DNA of 64,000 nt. It comes from Macrostomum lignano. Its lineage: Eukaryota. The translations under genes and the position numbers were made by a program. The notes under the pieces are model-generated. The model was not told the origin of the DNA. It ran no database searches and worked only from the letters and a program-made list of their open reading frames with translations. Below, one piece after another: positions 35,281 to 47,800 of this stretch (positions within the stretch are counted from its first letter, which is position 1; the number at the start of each line of letters is the position of its first letter). The stretch spans positions 62,001 through 126,000 of the forward strand of contig NIVC01001747.1 in assembly GCA_002269645.1 (NCBI GenBank). Direction: 5' to 3'.

Positions 35281-38200
35281 ACAACCCAACTCCCCTCCCC
35301 AAGAATTCAGCAATCCCCTTATGAGCTTTGATATCTCTGCAATTTCTTCATAAGCCTTGTCAACTCAGTGATTCCATTCATGAGCTTTGATATCTTAGCA
35401 ACTCCCATCTTAGCAAGTCTTTAGTTGATGGTTAACAGAGTGGTTATTCTATGATTGAACCAAAACTGACCCTAAGCCCCTAACCCTAACCCATAAGTGA
35501 GTCTTGGCATGTTAGCAATCTCCCCCGTGAGCCTTGAGCTTCCTCATAAGCTTTGAAATCTAAATTTCACCGAAAGCCTTGAACTTTCAGCAATTCCCGA
35601 AGAGCCAAGGCATATAACTAATTCGACCCTTTAATCTTTGAAATTCCTTGATGAATCATTTATGATTGACACGACGATCGCTCTAGAATTAAACTCAAAT
35701 CCTAACCCTTAACCTGCAGCCGAGTCACAGCATTTCAGCAACTCCCCCTCTCAGCCCAAGAATTTCAGCAATTCCCCAATGAGCTTTTGAAATCTTAGCA
35801 ATTTTCCCATGAGCATGAAACTTTAGCGACTAACCTTTTGATATCTTGGCACTTTCACATGAGTCTTATGGTTGAAAACTAACCCTGCCAAGTCACAGCA
35901 TTTCAGCAATTCTCACCGTAAACCACAGCATTTCAACAAATACCCAATGAACCTTGACATTTCGTGAATTTCAGCTATTCGCTTTAGGAGCCTTTGAAAT
36001 CTCAGTCATTCCCCCGTGAACCTTAGTATCTCAGCAATACCCAAGAGTCACAGCCTACAGCATTACAGGGATCCCCCGTGAGCTTTGAAATCTTAGCTAT
36101 TCCCCAATGAGCCTTGATATCTCAGCAACTCCTATTTGAGCCACAAAATTTCGGCATTATGAGCAGGTACTGCAATCACAACAATCCCCCTGAGCATTGA
36201 GCCACATTATAATTCGGATATCCCCCACGAGCCTTTAAAACTTAGCAATTCCCCAATGAGTATTTAATGTTAGACAGGCCTATTCATTTATATGGTTTAC
36301 GTCTTACTCTTACCCTAACAATGTCGGCAATTCCCTCAAGAGCCACAGCATTCCAGAAATTATTTCCATGAGCCTTGACAGCAAATAATTTTAATGAGCC
36401 TTGATACCTCAGAAATTTCTCAAATGGAATTTGAAATCAAAGCAATTCTGCCCAGAATCACATCAGTATAGGAATTTCCCTCTGAGACTTGACAAGACAT
36501 CTCAGAATTTCTCTCATGGGCCTTGATCTGGCCCATGGCCCAGTAAGCCTTGAAATCTCAATAATTCCCCAGTAAGCCTTGACATCTCAGAAATTCCCTC
36601 ATTAAGATCGACATCGCAGCAATTGAACTTAAGCTTTGAAATCAAAGCAATTCTCCCCAGAATCACACACATCATTATAGCAATTACCATTGAGCCTTGA
36701 GATCTTAGAAATTCTCCCATCAGTCTTGATATCACAGAAATTTTCCATACCAGCCTTGACATCTTAGAAATTCACATTGAGTATTTTATTCTCGACAGAC
36801 CGCTTCTTTTATGGTTGACATGATGATTCTTTTGTCGCTTTTTCTTGTGTTGAGTTTTCTTCTGTTTAAAGTAGCATTTATTAAAAACTTACAGTGGTTT
36901 ACCATCACTTTAGCAATGGTTTACCATCACTTTAGCGATGGTTCACCAGCAATTTAGCAATGGTTCACCAGCAGTTTAGCAATGGTTCACCGGCACTGTT
37001 CCGCAAAATCTGGGAGCAGATGGCTACTGATCTCCATATGCTTCTCAATAATCGAAGCCATTTGAAATGTTTGCAACTTGCAGTTTAAATTTGATTTGCA
37101 ATTCTCTTACATATTTATTAATTCATTGTACGTCAGATTAGCACTGCTCACCCAGATTAGACCCTTTGCAAATTAGCACTTACAGCAGATTAGCACTGCT
37201 CTAGAAGACTAACGCAGCCCCAGCAAAAGTATCTTTAAATTTAAGTGTTTACCATCTCCATGAATCTGCATAGGATGCAATCATTATTGTCACAGGTCAC
37301 AAAGATAAATTCGCTGCTTCAATGCAGGCTCGAACTGCTGACATCAAAGCATTCTGTTTGCTTCTGCTTGATACTGCCTGCCTACTGCGGCTATTGTGCC
37401 TATTGACATGTGTTTAGCAACTTCAGCCGTTTGAAGTTAACCCCCGGAAATCGGCATTTATCCCCACAACAACCTGAAATTATCCCTTCATCTAATCCCG
37501 CAAAAAGACTGCAGTTATTTCTTAGCAGCCGGCATTTATCATCCACTTTGCATTTTAAAACTTTTATTAAAATTAAGAATGCATACCCTCAGCGGCATAG
37601 AATTGTCCCCTTAGCCAAAAATATTTCACTTAGCAGCCGCAGAAATCCCCTAAACAACTTGTACTTAATCTTCCACAGTAAATATCCACTCAAAACTCAA
37701 TAGTTAGTTATAAGCCTCAGAAGTCTGCCATTATCCTCTAATTAGTCCGCAGTTTTCCCTCTCAGCAGTCTGCAGCTATACGCTCACACGTCTGGAGGAA
37801 CTACCTCAGCAGTTTGCAGTTGTTTCCCCTTTGCAATCTGCAATGATCCCTTCGACAGTCTGCAGTTCCCCTCAGCAGTCTGCAGTCATTTCATTTTCAG
37901 TCTACAACTGTACCATTAACGATTTTCATTCATTCTCTCAGCAGCCTGCAGTTCTCCTCTCGGCCGGCTCCTCAGTCTCCTCTGCAAACTGCAATTTGCT
38001 CAGCATTTTACGGCTCACTAATCAATTTTCGATACATATCGGCAGTTTTGAAAAGCTCAGCATTTAGCAATACCTTCAGCAGTTTTTTTTTCAGAATCGT
38101 CTGCAGTTTAGCAATTTCATACTTTCATGGAGCTAGGCAATATACCCATTGATGGGATCAGTACGCTCGTAATACATGTACTTGAAGCAGTTTCTACAAA

Positions 38201-41200
38201 TCAAATTTGCTTATCGACTTGTGCCAAACAGCAAAAATACATGTAGTTCATTAAGTGTGCCTTGTTAATTAAGCATAAAAGTTTCAATTAGTCGAAGCAC
38301 AAGCTAAAATAAATAATTAGTTCAATATTAATTGTCCGCTGCGAGCCAGACTCTAACCTGGGACCTTACGCCTATCCTAAAACTGGTCCTAGTGCCTACA
38401 GTGCGGCTACTCCGCCTATTGATCGGAGGGCGACAAAATCAGCCATATATGCTTTGGCACTGCAGTCAAATACACAGCAGTGATAGGCTGCTCAGTGCAC
38501 GGGTTGTATGCAGGCAGAGCCAATGCGCAGTTAAGTAAAATCTATAAATTAGATTTAAGTCTGGAGGAACTACTTCACAGTCTGCAGTTCTTCTCTGGCC
38601 GGCACCTCAGTCCCCTCAGAAAACTGCAATTTGCTCAGAATTGTACCACTCACTAATCAATTTTCGATACATATCGGCAGTCTTGAAAAGCTCAGCATTT
38701 AGCAGCATTGTCTGCAGTTTAGTAATTTCGTACTTTTATGGAGCTAGACAATACCCATTGATGGGATCAGTTATACTCGAAGCAGTTTTTACAAATCAAA
38801 TTTGATTAGTGGCTAGTGCCGAGTAGCAAAAAATGAATTGCTAATTAATAAAAAAATGTTTCAATTGAAATTAAATAAAAAATGTTTCAATTAGTCCAGG
38901 CACAAGCTATAAATTATTGAATTATTTGAATTTTAATTATCCGCCGGGGAGGCAGACTCGAACCTTGGACCTTACGCCTAGCCTAAACCTAGTCCTAAGT
39001 GCCTACACTGCGGCTACTCCGCCTATTGATGGGAGGACAACAAAATCAGCGATATATGCTTCAGAACTGCAGTTAAATACATAGCAGTGATAGGCTGCTC
39101 AGTGTGTAGGCGTGCAGGCGGAGCCAATGCACAGTTGATTGAGTGAAATCTATAAATAGCAATTTTCTATGGAGTCCGCCAGTCAGAGCCAGGGTCAGAA
39201 TGTACGCACGCAGCCACTGAGCATTTTTTCTCCTTGCACACTGCAACCAGTATTGAAGCTTACACAGTGGAGAGAGAAAAGTTATGGCGCAATCATAATT
39301 GGAATTGGAATTCAGCCAGTCCAGTCAAGAATTCAACCTAGTTTGCCCTACCATTAAAAGCATTGGGAAAACTCGTTTTTCGAATATTTAATACCTTTAG
39401 CATTAAAGCCAATTAAAGAAATTTTAACTGTCTTCTTTCCAGATAATTACAAATCTTTTCGTAAAAACGCGATTAAAATTGGTCAATTGGTTCTATCTCT
39501 AGAACGTTATGCAAATAATAACACAAATTCTCTTCGAGTGAAAGTCACACGAAGCAGCTATGACATAATCAAATACTCAGGCAGTCAGCATCAGTCTCAA
39601 TTAAAGTTAGCAATATGGTTACGCAATTTCTGTCTTTCAACTTGGCACAGTGTTTTCAACTTGTTGTGATGCAATCTTTATCAAAATCAGAATTCAGTCA
39701 GTCGGTTTTTTCTCTAGCATTCTTACAGCGCATTTCAAGTCGAAAGAGCTGCTTGACCTTTGCAAAAAAGCATGTTTTTCGAATATTTAATCCCTTTAGC
39801 ATTGAAGCAGATACAAGAAATTTTAACCGTCTTCTTTCCAGAAAATTTTGAATCTTTTGGCGAAAACACGATCAAAATCGGTGAAGAATTGCGATCTCTA
39901 GAGCGTTATGGACAAGCATTCAAACATACAAACCTTAGAGATTTAGTATATTTAGATAGAAGATTTTTCTCGATTTCTCGATATTGGGAATCTTATGATT
40001 CTATTCTATTCAGAAAATATATACTTTTTACAACGAATTTGCTCCAAGTTTTGTTTACTTCTATTTCTAACTACAAGTAATAACAATTTTTTTCTTGGGT
40101 ATAACATTAAATTTAATACTACCTGCAAAAACAGTTCCGGGAATTGGAGTTCGGTGGACTCAAAATCCGCGGGTTTCAACAGCTTGTAGACTTAAAATGA
40201 GGCAAAGACAAGGGCAGGAAGAGGAGCAGAGCTGAAGTAAACTGAAGCAGGCATAAATAATAAGGCAGCAAATGAATTCAGCAAACAAGTAGGGGGGGCA
40301 GAGTGGAATGCAGCAACGCAGTAAAAAATATACAGCATCAACCATCCATTTCAAAGTTTACTGAAGCTCAAAGATGAGGCTCCGGCCGGAGAATATTTGA
40401 TGAGCCCGGCACGGGGCCGCTCCTGGGGAGGAGCTAGTGGGGCGTCAAAGACCGACAGCCACCTCCGACAAGCGTAGCAACCGAGGGATGGACGCGGGAC
40501 CGGGCCGCACAAGAGGACAGTGAAAGAACTCAGGACTGACTTCCCCCAAATACTCCAACTCAACCAGAGTAAACTGATGAGTGTAACCGCCTCACCCTCA
40601 CCCCGTAGCAACTCGCGTGTTGAATGCTAATCTTATTGCAAGCGCTGTTTGTGTAACACTTGCCGTCGTTAACCACGCGACATCCCACCCCATCTACGGC
40701 AGGGGATGAAATTGGGGGTATTTTTTAGAATAGACGGGAGCTCCGCCCACAGGTGCACTTCTTTCTTACTCGCTTTTAAAGAACCGAATTCACAAACTGA
40801 AGTCATCTCGGTTGTAAGCTCTCAAGAACACAGCAGAATCCATTAGAACTAGAATATGGCATAGCACTAGAAAAGGATTGTAAAGGACATTAGATCGTAC
40901 ATGTATGTAAAGTGTTGTGCGAATTTTTTTTTCGCAAGTTTTTCACAAGGCTTTTTTTAAACGGATGAACTTTTGACAAGTAATTGATGGAAACTGTTTA
41001 TGCATCTGAGCGTAAATATAACAGGCCAAATACGAGCCATATTTAGATGGCTCAAAGTAAATTAGAAACTAGAAACTAATATATTATTAAAAAACAAACA
41101 GTTCTGATTTCAGGTTTGGTTGTAAAGAAAAGTAAAAGTTTGGCTAATGAACTGCAGCATAAAGGTTAAATAGCTGAATTTTTTATTTTGACTTCACGCT

Positions 41201-42069
41201 CGACAATAGGGATGAAGTGAACTATTGAACGCTCGTATATAAAGGATTTGTGCTTTCACAAAATTGCACCTATGTAGGTGCAGCAGTATCTATCACGCCG
41301 AATAAAATTGGGTAATAATTACAAACTAGATTTGACAGAACCAATGGACAATAGCTAGATCCACTGACACCAGTCTACAATAAAGCCAGAATAAAGCCAG
41401 ACAAGGAAATTTTGATGGAAACTGTTTATGCATCAGAGTATAACTGGTGTCAACTATATTTACAAAGCTGAAACAGATTTTGAATAAAAACAGCATGTTT
41501 GTTTTTTCAGAGAAGTTTTGGTTGAAAGTCGAAAGCAAAAGCATAGCTAATGAACTGCAGCATAAAGTTAAAATACATGTAGCTGAATTATTTATTGTGA
41601 CTTTGTCGACAATAGGCCATGTGTAAACTGTTTGAATTGAACGTTTGAACATTTGAACATTTGAACATTTAAACGCTTGTATTAAAAAGGATTTGTGCTT
41701 TTTTGAAACATAGTAATAATATATTTGCAAATTGCAAAATTTGCAATTGCAAACTACTAGTAGGTTTGTTAACACCAAAAGACACAAGATACACAGACAC
41801 ACTACAATTTTATGCTCTTTGAGCATTTATTGATTATTATTCGGCATTTTTATCAAAATGTTGTTAAATACATTGCTTTTCGGAGTCAGAAGGTTGCATT
41901 GAGAAATTTAACAAAATTCTGTGTACTGTAAACAGAGGCCGGGTGCTGCATTATTAGATGATCAGTTTTGGATACTTGCACATGGTTATTGACCGTGAGA
42001 AATATAATTTTTTAATTAAATCTCTCCATCCGGTTGCTCTTATCTGGAGCTGCCTGCAGTTTCTCAGAA

Positions 42070-42816
42070 TCAGTTAAGAGGCGACAGACACTCGCACAGG
42101 ACATTAGAAAAATTAGTTTTTGTTTCGCCGGCATCCATAAGACCAATAAAATAGACATGTCTTCCAATTACACTCTCACTACCTTCGTAGTTATTCGGCT
42201 GGCCAGTGGCCCAAAAAGCGGGATCAACAGTGGTGTTGCAGCTCACCCAGTACCAGCCGCCAGCCGGCTCCGCACTGCCTTCTGGCTGGAGGCCTCCGAG
42301 CCAGATCGATTGTCCAGAGCTGTAGTTCGAGTAGATCCATTCCACGTGGCTCATCTCCTGCTCGCTGGTTACGTCGGCCATGATGACCAGACCGCTCTCT
42401 GACTCGCACTTCTGCCTGCTCGGCCACCACGTCCCAATGCCAGAGTACAGCTTGTACTTCACTCCGCACAGGTCCATGCCGTAGCCAGACGGACACAGCG
42501 CGCCCGCCTCGAGTCCCGGCCGCTGCTTGACGAACACCCGGCCTCTCCTGGAGCAGCCGCAGCTCCTCACCGACTTGCTGCACTTGTCGAACACGAATAG
42601 CTGGCACGGACCGTCAGCCAGGCTGAACGCCTGACAGCGCAGCTTCTCGGAGCACAGAGCAGCGCACCCAATTTTGCTGTCCTCGTTCGGGTAGGACTCA
42701 ACAAACTCATCGTTGATGCAGAGGCTGCCGTCAATGAGGGTGTACACCTGCTGGCTGGCTGTAGTGAGGCCGAATACAAGACTCATCCAGGCCACAGTAT
42801 TCGATACGCTGACCAT
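42070..42816 (-). CDS. Secreted PAN/apple-like + C-type lectin domain protein (single exon, 248 aa)
   Basis: Hydrophobic N-terminus (VAWMSLVFGLTTA); PAN-like CAALCSEKLRCQAFSL..CQL; CTLD motifs CPSGY, TWWPSRQKC, IWLGG, WYW, FWATGQPNN, terminal LCE. Confidence 0.85.
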   Translation of the reverse strand: MVSVSNTVAWMSLVFGLTTASQQVYTLIDGSLCINDEFVESYPNEDSKIGCAALCSEKLRCQAFSLADGPCQLFVFDKCSKSVRSCGCSRRGRVFVKQRPGLEAGALCPSGYGMDLCGVKYKLYSGIGTWWPSRQKCESESGLVIMADVTSEQEMSHVEWIYSNYSSGQSIWLGGLQPEGSAEPAGGWYWVSCNTTVDPAFWATGQPNNYEGSESVIGRHVYFIGLMDAGETKTNFSNVLCECLSPLN

Positions 42817-44229
42817 TTTTTTCTCGTAGCTGTCGGTGGCTAGCTTTGTTTTTTTCTAAATTAGTCGAAGTAATAACGAGAAGCGATGCAATTCGCCTTT
42901 AACGTAAAAATTTCCAACAACAAACCGATTATATTTGCTTTTTTCCCGACCAAACATGGGCTTGCTCTTCGGGAAATTTTTCATTGGTGGAAAATTTTAA
43001 CTCCCAGATGTGATAGCCAATACTATGTTGACTTTGGCCCGAGCGACCGCGGGCAGATGATGCTGCGTAAAGAGATCCGGTGGTGATTGTGTCCGTAGCG
43101 GGGTGCCCCTTCGAAGAGTCTAGGAGGTCGATAGCCGCTCTCCCGGTAGCCCTTAGGTAGGTAGCTTAAAAGCTAACAGAAACTCTCGGGCCTGAAAAGG
43201 TCCGAGTTTGGGCCCGAGGTACATGTACATGAGCCTGGCCTGAGCAGAGGATGAGCAGTCACAGATAAAGTGCTCCGCATTCTCCACACCGGAGTCTCTT
43301 GGTGAGCGCCCCTGTCTCAATTGGTGGGCGCCGTTGATGCAATTCCTTTCAAGCCTTGACATCTCAGCCATTCCCCCGAGCAAGCACTCCCCAGATAGCA
43401 AGCACCGCCTCCCCTTTCCCAGACAAAAATTTCCTCAGCTAGTGCAATAGCTTGTAATTCCTTTCTCATCTAGTGAAATAATCCATTCCTCATGTATTGC
43501 ATTAATCAATTTTTCAGCCAATGCAATTAATTTATGTCCCAGCTAGTACAATAGTCTTTTTCTCAGCTATGGATAAATAATATAACTTATTTCATGACAT
43601 TTTATGCTGTACTTTTTTATTATAAATAAAAATGAACTACAAAGATTCGATCTTTTGCTCGGCCTGATTTTCATAGTCTTCTTTTAATTTTAACATTCTA
43701 CGAGCGTATAATCTTACTCAGCGATCAGACTAATCTCTATCAGTGTTTTTTCATATTTTGCATTTTGTATGTTTAATAAGCGCTACTCAAAATAGTTTCT
43801 GAGTAGTACATGGGAAAATACAAAAATCGCTAGTCCACAGAAGGGGGTTTCACAAACTCGAAATTTCACAACATTGTAAGCACCTTCTTTCACAAGATCG
43901 AAGTTTCACAAGGTCGAAGTTTCACAACATTGAAAACTCTAGCAAGAGACTTCATAAGGTTGATGGGTTTCGACCTTCGAGCTCCTTGTTAGGGAAGCCT
44001 TCGGGCCTCAGGCTCAGAAATAAATCAATTAGAGACCTGGCCCCCCACTCCTGTCAGATGGTCAGCCCCATGGTAGCTTGATCGTGTGGCGAGCAGTCTA
44101 GGTCCTATAGCTAAGAGAGGGACAGCGAGAGACGAGCAGGGAGAATTTTGAAAGTAGAAATTAGCTAATCCGCAGATCAACTAACTTGCTGCCACCAGCC
44201 CGTGCGCCCTGGCTCACCACACCGGGACT

Positions 44230-44480
44230 CTCGAAATCGGGCTTCCGACTAGAAGGGGCTTTGCACTTACCTGCCAACTAGTGTCTTTTTGCTGTCAATC
44301 TCGAAGTCATAGCCGATGATAAGGGACACTGCTGGGACTAGATCGCATTGGCCATGCAGGTACAGAGGGGACTTGTGCAGGGGATTCTTGCGGTGGCGAG
44401 TCTATGGGGTAGCTACATGTACTATTACATTGCTAAATACGAAGATATGTACTTTTAGCCTTCAACGCGCCAACTAGCCT
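44230..44480 (-). mobile_element. Possible highly degenerate Gypsy RNase H remnant
   Basis: A minus-strand IGYDFEI motif resembles the L-x-G-Y-D-F-x-I box. The surrounding motifs are poorly preserved. Confidence 0.3.
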
Positions 44481-46339
44481 CTCATAGCGCTGATGATAGA
44501 CTAACTCGAACTTCAGAGACCGCATGATTCATTTACCCGAGCCGCTTGGCTACCCTAGAGTGCACAAAGTACATCTCTGGCGCCGATTCTGCACTTCTGG
44601 CAGTTTTGCTCACTGATTTGATAGATTGGTCGACTGAGAACTGCCTTGCCATTGGTCCACTGCGACCGGCGCCTACTAGCTTAGCTACTCATCTGAGCCA
44701 TCGGCGATCAAAGAAATAAAACCGATAAAAATAACTGTTAGATTTAACCTTCTCCTTAGTTCACTTCACACTTCAGATTGAATTGGAGTCTTAGACTACT
44801 AGCAGTATTATTGAATGATTTCTGCCTCAGCAACAGCACTACTGAACAAAATGAGCAAAAGTGTGCGCCTAATTCAGCTACTGCAACAGGGGACAGATAA
44901 GGGATCACTCAATCAAGCAAGTCTAGGTAGCCTCTCACCCAACCAATCAGAAACTCAACAGCCGGAGACCAGATAATCCACAGTGACCGAATCGGCTCGA
45001 TGCTCTGCAGCTGTAGACTCGGGATGATGCTGTCACAATCTTCGCTGTTAGCTAGCAGGTGATGCTCTTAACTTGATGTTCGTTGCTGATGACCGGGGGA
45101 CTCGTCCTTGATGATGATGGGGGGAGGTCGCAATCCGGGGATCAAGAAACGACGGTCAGTTCCGGGCCGGTGGAGTAGGAACCAGGCCAGAGTCGGAACA
45201 GGTACAGGTCCAAGCGGGCCAAAAACACCGGTTTAAATAGCCGCCAACTGGACCGCAGTTTGTTATAATGGAACACGTCAATTCTGATTGGCTGAGCCGT
45301 TTTGTTAAAATGAGCGCTGAATTTTCTGATTGGCTAAGCTTGTTGCTACCCAGAATCACGTGACCGAGAGATCCTATCAGTTCCCACAGGGTCGTAAAAA
45401 GATGACAGGTGCGGCCATAAATCACTCAAAATCGCAACAAAATGATTTATGACTTTTTGCGTAGGATTGACGGAAATTAATGAAAAAATATACATTAGAA
45501 AGCTCTCATTAAATAGAAAGTGAAGATAATGAAGAGAAATCGCTAATCGCTAATCCCAAAGTACTTTTAGGGGTAAAACGCATAGCTGTCAAAACTGTCA
45601 CACGCTTGAGTGAATCCGAACAATAGGCTCCGACCTCATAAATCTTAATGGCCTGTCAAACTGATGAGAAAAAAGCTACCGCCCGCATCCTCTCAGACCA
45701 TCTGGCGCCCGCCTCAACACTGAGTTAGCTGTGAGGCGCAGGTGGCTGTCAGACCGGCTTCGAAAGCGATGATTTATGACCCAAAAAGCTGCGCCTATGT
45801 TATTATGATACTAGTATGACCAGACATTATATCTAGTATAGATTCTTTGACAATTCGCAGAAAAAGGATAAAAATGCCCACTGCCCACTGTTAGTAGGCT
45901 AGTAAGTTCAGAGCCCATGTGCTAGCGCGGGATTTGGGAAAAAGTGCGTCCTCATCAAGGTCGAAATTTCACAACGTAGAAAACTACTGCATAGTTATTT
46001 TTATATTAAGTTTTCGACGTGGGCCAGTCGTGTGTTGAGTCCAAAACACAAATCAGGTCAGGCCTGAGGACCTCGGCGGTGGCGTCTCAGTGGCTATCGA
46101 TATGGTGAGGTACTTAGTTGCGGCGCCCAAGACCCGAAAAAGAGGGCTGAAGCATGCTGGGCGAACAAAAATTATTCAGTAGCGAGACAAGTATAGTGCA
46201 TGTGATAATAAAATAAACAAAATTACGGCATGCTTGTATTAACTCGTACAGTACATAGATCGCTATGTACTCCCGAACCGACCCTTTCCAAGGAACCAAT
46301 TGTATGCAGGATTTTCTGTAAGCTACTCAATTCACACTT

Positions 46340-46829
46340 TCAGGTGTTGTCATAATGTAGTGCATCAGTCACGTTCTCTTCCACAACCTTGATTGCCTTC
46401 ACCAGCTCCACGGCTTGCGTGTTGTACAGAACGTCGTCAGATTTGAGAATGTCGAACTTCATCAGTCGCTTACAGTCGGAGTTGCAGGTGGTCAGCCGAG
46501 TCAAGAATAATATGTCCGTCTGAGGACTGACTCGGCTCATGGTCACGGTGTCGGTGGGACAGAAGTACACGTCGGAAACTCGAATGGCAGCGCAGTAGAC
46601 AAGCTGGTGGAGAGCGGCACACTGGCGAACTGCAGGCCCAGGGTGTGTACATGTGGTAGGTGAACCCGCCGTAGGTGCCCAGCAGGAAGCAGAGCCACAG
46701 GGTTCTGCCGAAGGTGCTGGCCTGGGCCCCGAATCTGCCCAGTCCGTGGGCGGTGGTGTAGCTGCAGAACTCATTCAGGTAGCTGCGAATGGTGCTGCCG
46801 TCAGATGCTTCGTTGCTCCTCTCGGACAT
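46340..46829 (-). pseudogene. DEG/ENaC (amiloride-sensitive channel) N-terminal fragment with two frameshifts
   Basis: MSERSNE...EFCSYTTAHGLGRF (HG motif), then TM1 RTLWLCFLLGTYGGFTYHMY. It continues in a second frame (TLGLQFASVPLSTSLSTALPFEFP) and a third (DVYFCP, equivalent to FPxVTxCN). No further ENaC exons found. Confidence 0.75.
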
Positions 46830-47049
46830 GAGTAGAATTTTCCTATTGAAATGTATCTGCACAAGTCCAAACACAGCTGGTCACTGCAAACGCATAAATT
46901 GTGAGCTGAGCCGCCAGGTGCTCAGTATTAAAGCGGCACTCCCATGCAGCTGGATAATTAACCCCATTTTTATAAGCAGCAGACATGCAGTCTAATTTGT
47001 CAAGATTTATCCGACTTCATGAGCTCCAACAGTATAACAACAAAATACA

Positions 47050-47800
47050 ACAAAATACGCTGTCAGGATGGCAAAAGTCAGCGTCACAGGGCGCGTTTCA
47101 TGGCTGCACCGGCTGTGGGCAGTACGACTCGGCGCGGATGAGATGGCCTGCGAGCTGGAGTCGCCGACGGCGCAGTAGATCGCTTGGACGTGGCAGGCCA
47201 GCGCGGTGATAGAGTGCCGCGTTGTTGACTCGCTCGAGGCCGATGTTGAAGGCGGCGCGCAGCAGGCCAGCGTGCGCCACGTCGACTTGCTGTTCAAGTG
47301 AGTCTGTCAGCGTCCAGGTCTCGGCGTTGTAGAGCAGGACGGTCTCGATTACCGCCTGGAACAGCGCCGCCCTCTGGCGGTCCGGTAGGGCCTCGGACTG
47401 CAGGACTGCCCTCACAGAACGAAAGGCAGCCAGGTTCAGCGGATTGCGCCGCTTTTGCCCCGTCAGAGCGTTGATGGCGGACCAGGCAACGCGCCGTCTG
47501 GCATCGGGCCCAGCGGCAGAGACAGCCTGAATGGCGTCATCGACAGCCGCTTGTTGGCGCTGCAGGTAGACAGCTTCCAGAGCTGCCTCTGCCTCGCGGG
47601 TTGGTCGCCTGCTCAAGCGGAGCCTCTCCAGATCTTCCCTCGCTGCCTGAATCGCGGGGTCGTCCTGCCAGACCGGCTGCCCACGTTGAGCCGGTTGCAT
47701 CATCGGGACTGCTTGCTGTTCTGACTGCAGCGCACACTTCCGCATACTCTGCACTTCCACGCTTGTCGCCCAGCGCAGTGTTAAAGGAGCTAGCAAAGCG
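47050..47800 (-). mobile_element. Internally deleted RTE-like non-LTR retrotransposon (RT core missing)
   Basis: The ORF joins a linker region (AWSAINALTGQKRRNPLNL) directly to post-RT motifs (FQAVIETVLLYNAETWTL...RRRRLQLAGHLIR). No YADD box. Confidence 0.75.

Larger units (their letters stand above)
24934..39957. mobile_element. Head-to-tail array of non-autonomous Helitron/Helentron-like units: 24934-29171, 29172-33525, 33526-33876, 33877-34226, 34227-39957
   Basis: Each unit starts ACTAGC followed by a GC-rich dyad (GCCCCCCGCTGGGGAGC or CTGGCTGCCAGCAGCCAG). Each ends AAAATCGGT...CTCTAGAGCGTTATGGACA-(CAAA/CAAG)n-TTAGAGATTTAGTATATTTAGA, with no spacer between units. The repeat structure is seen directly; the class assignment rests on resemblance to Lep1/DINE-1-type termini. 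Confidence 0.6.

Noticed and set aside
40365-40420. TTGATGAGCCCGGCACGGGG hammerhead-like start
   Set aside because: Lacks the GAAA core and cleavage triplet.
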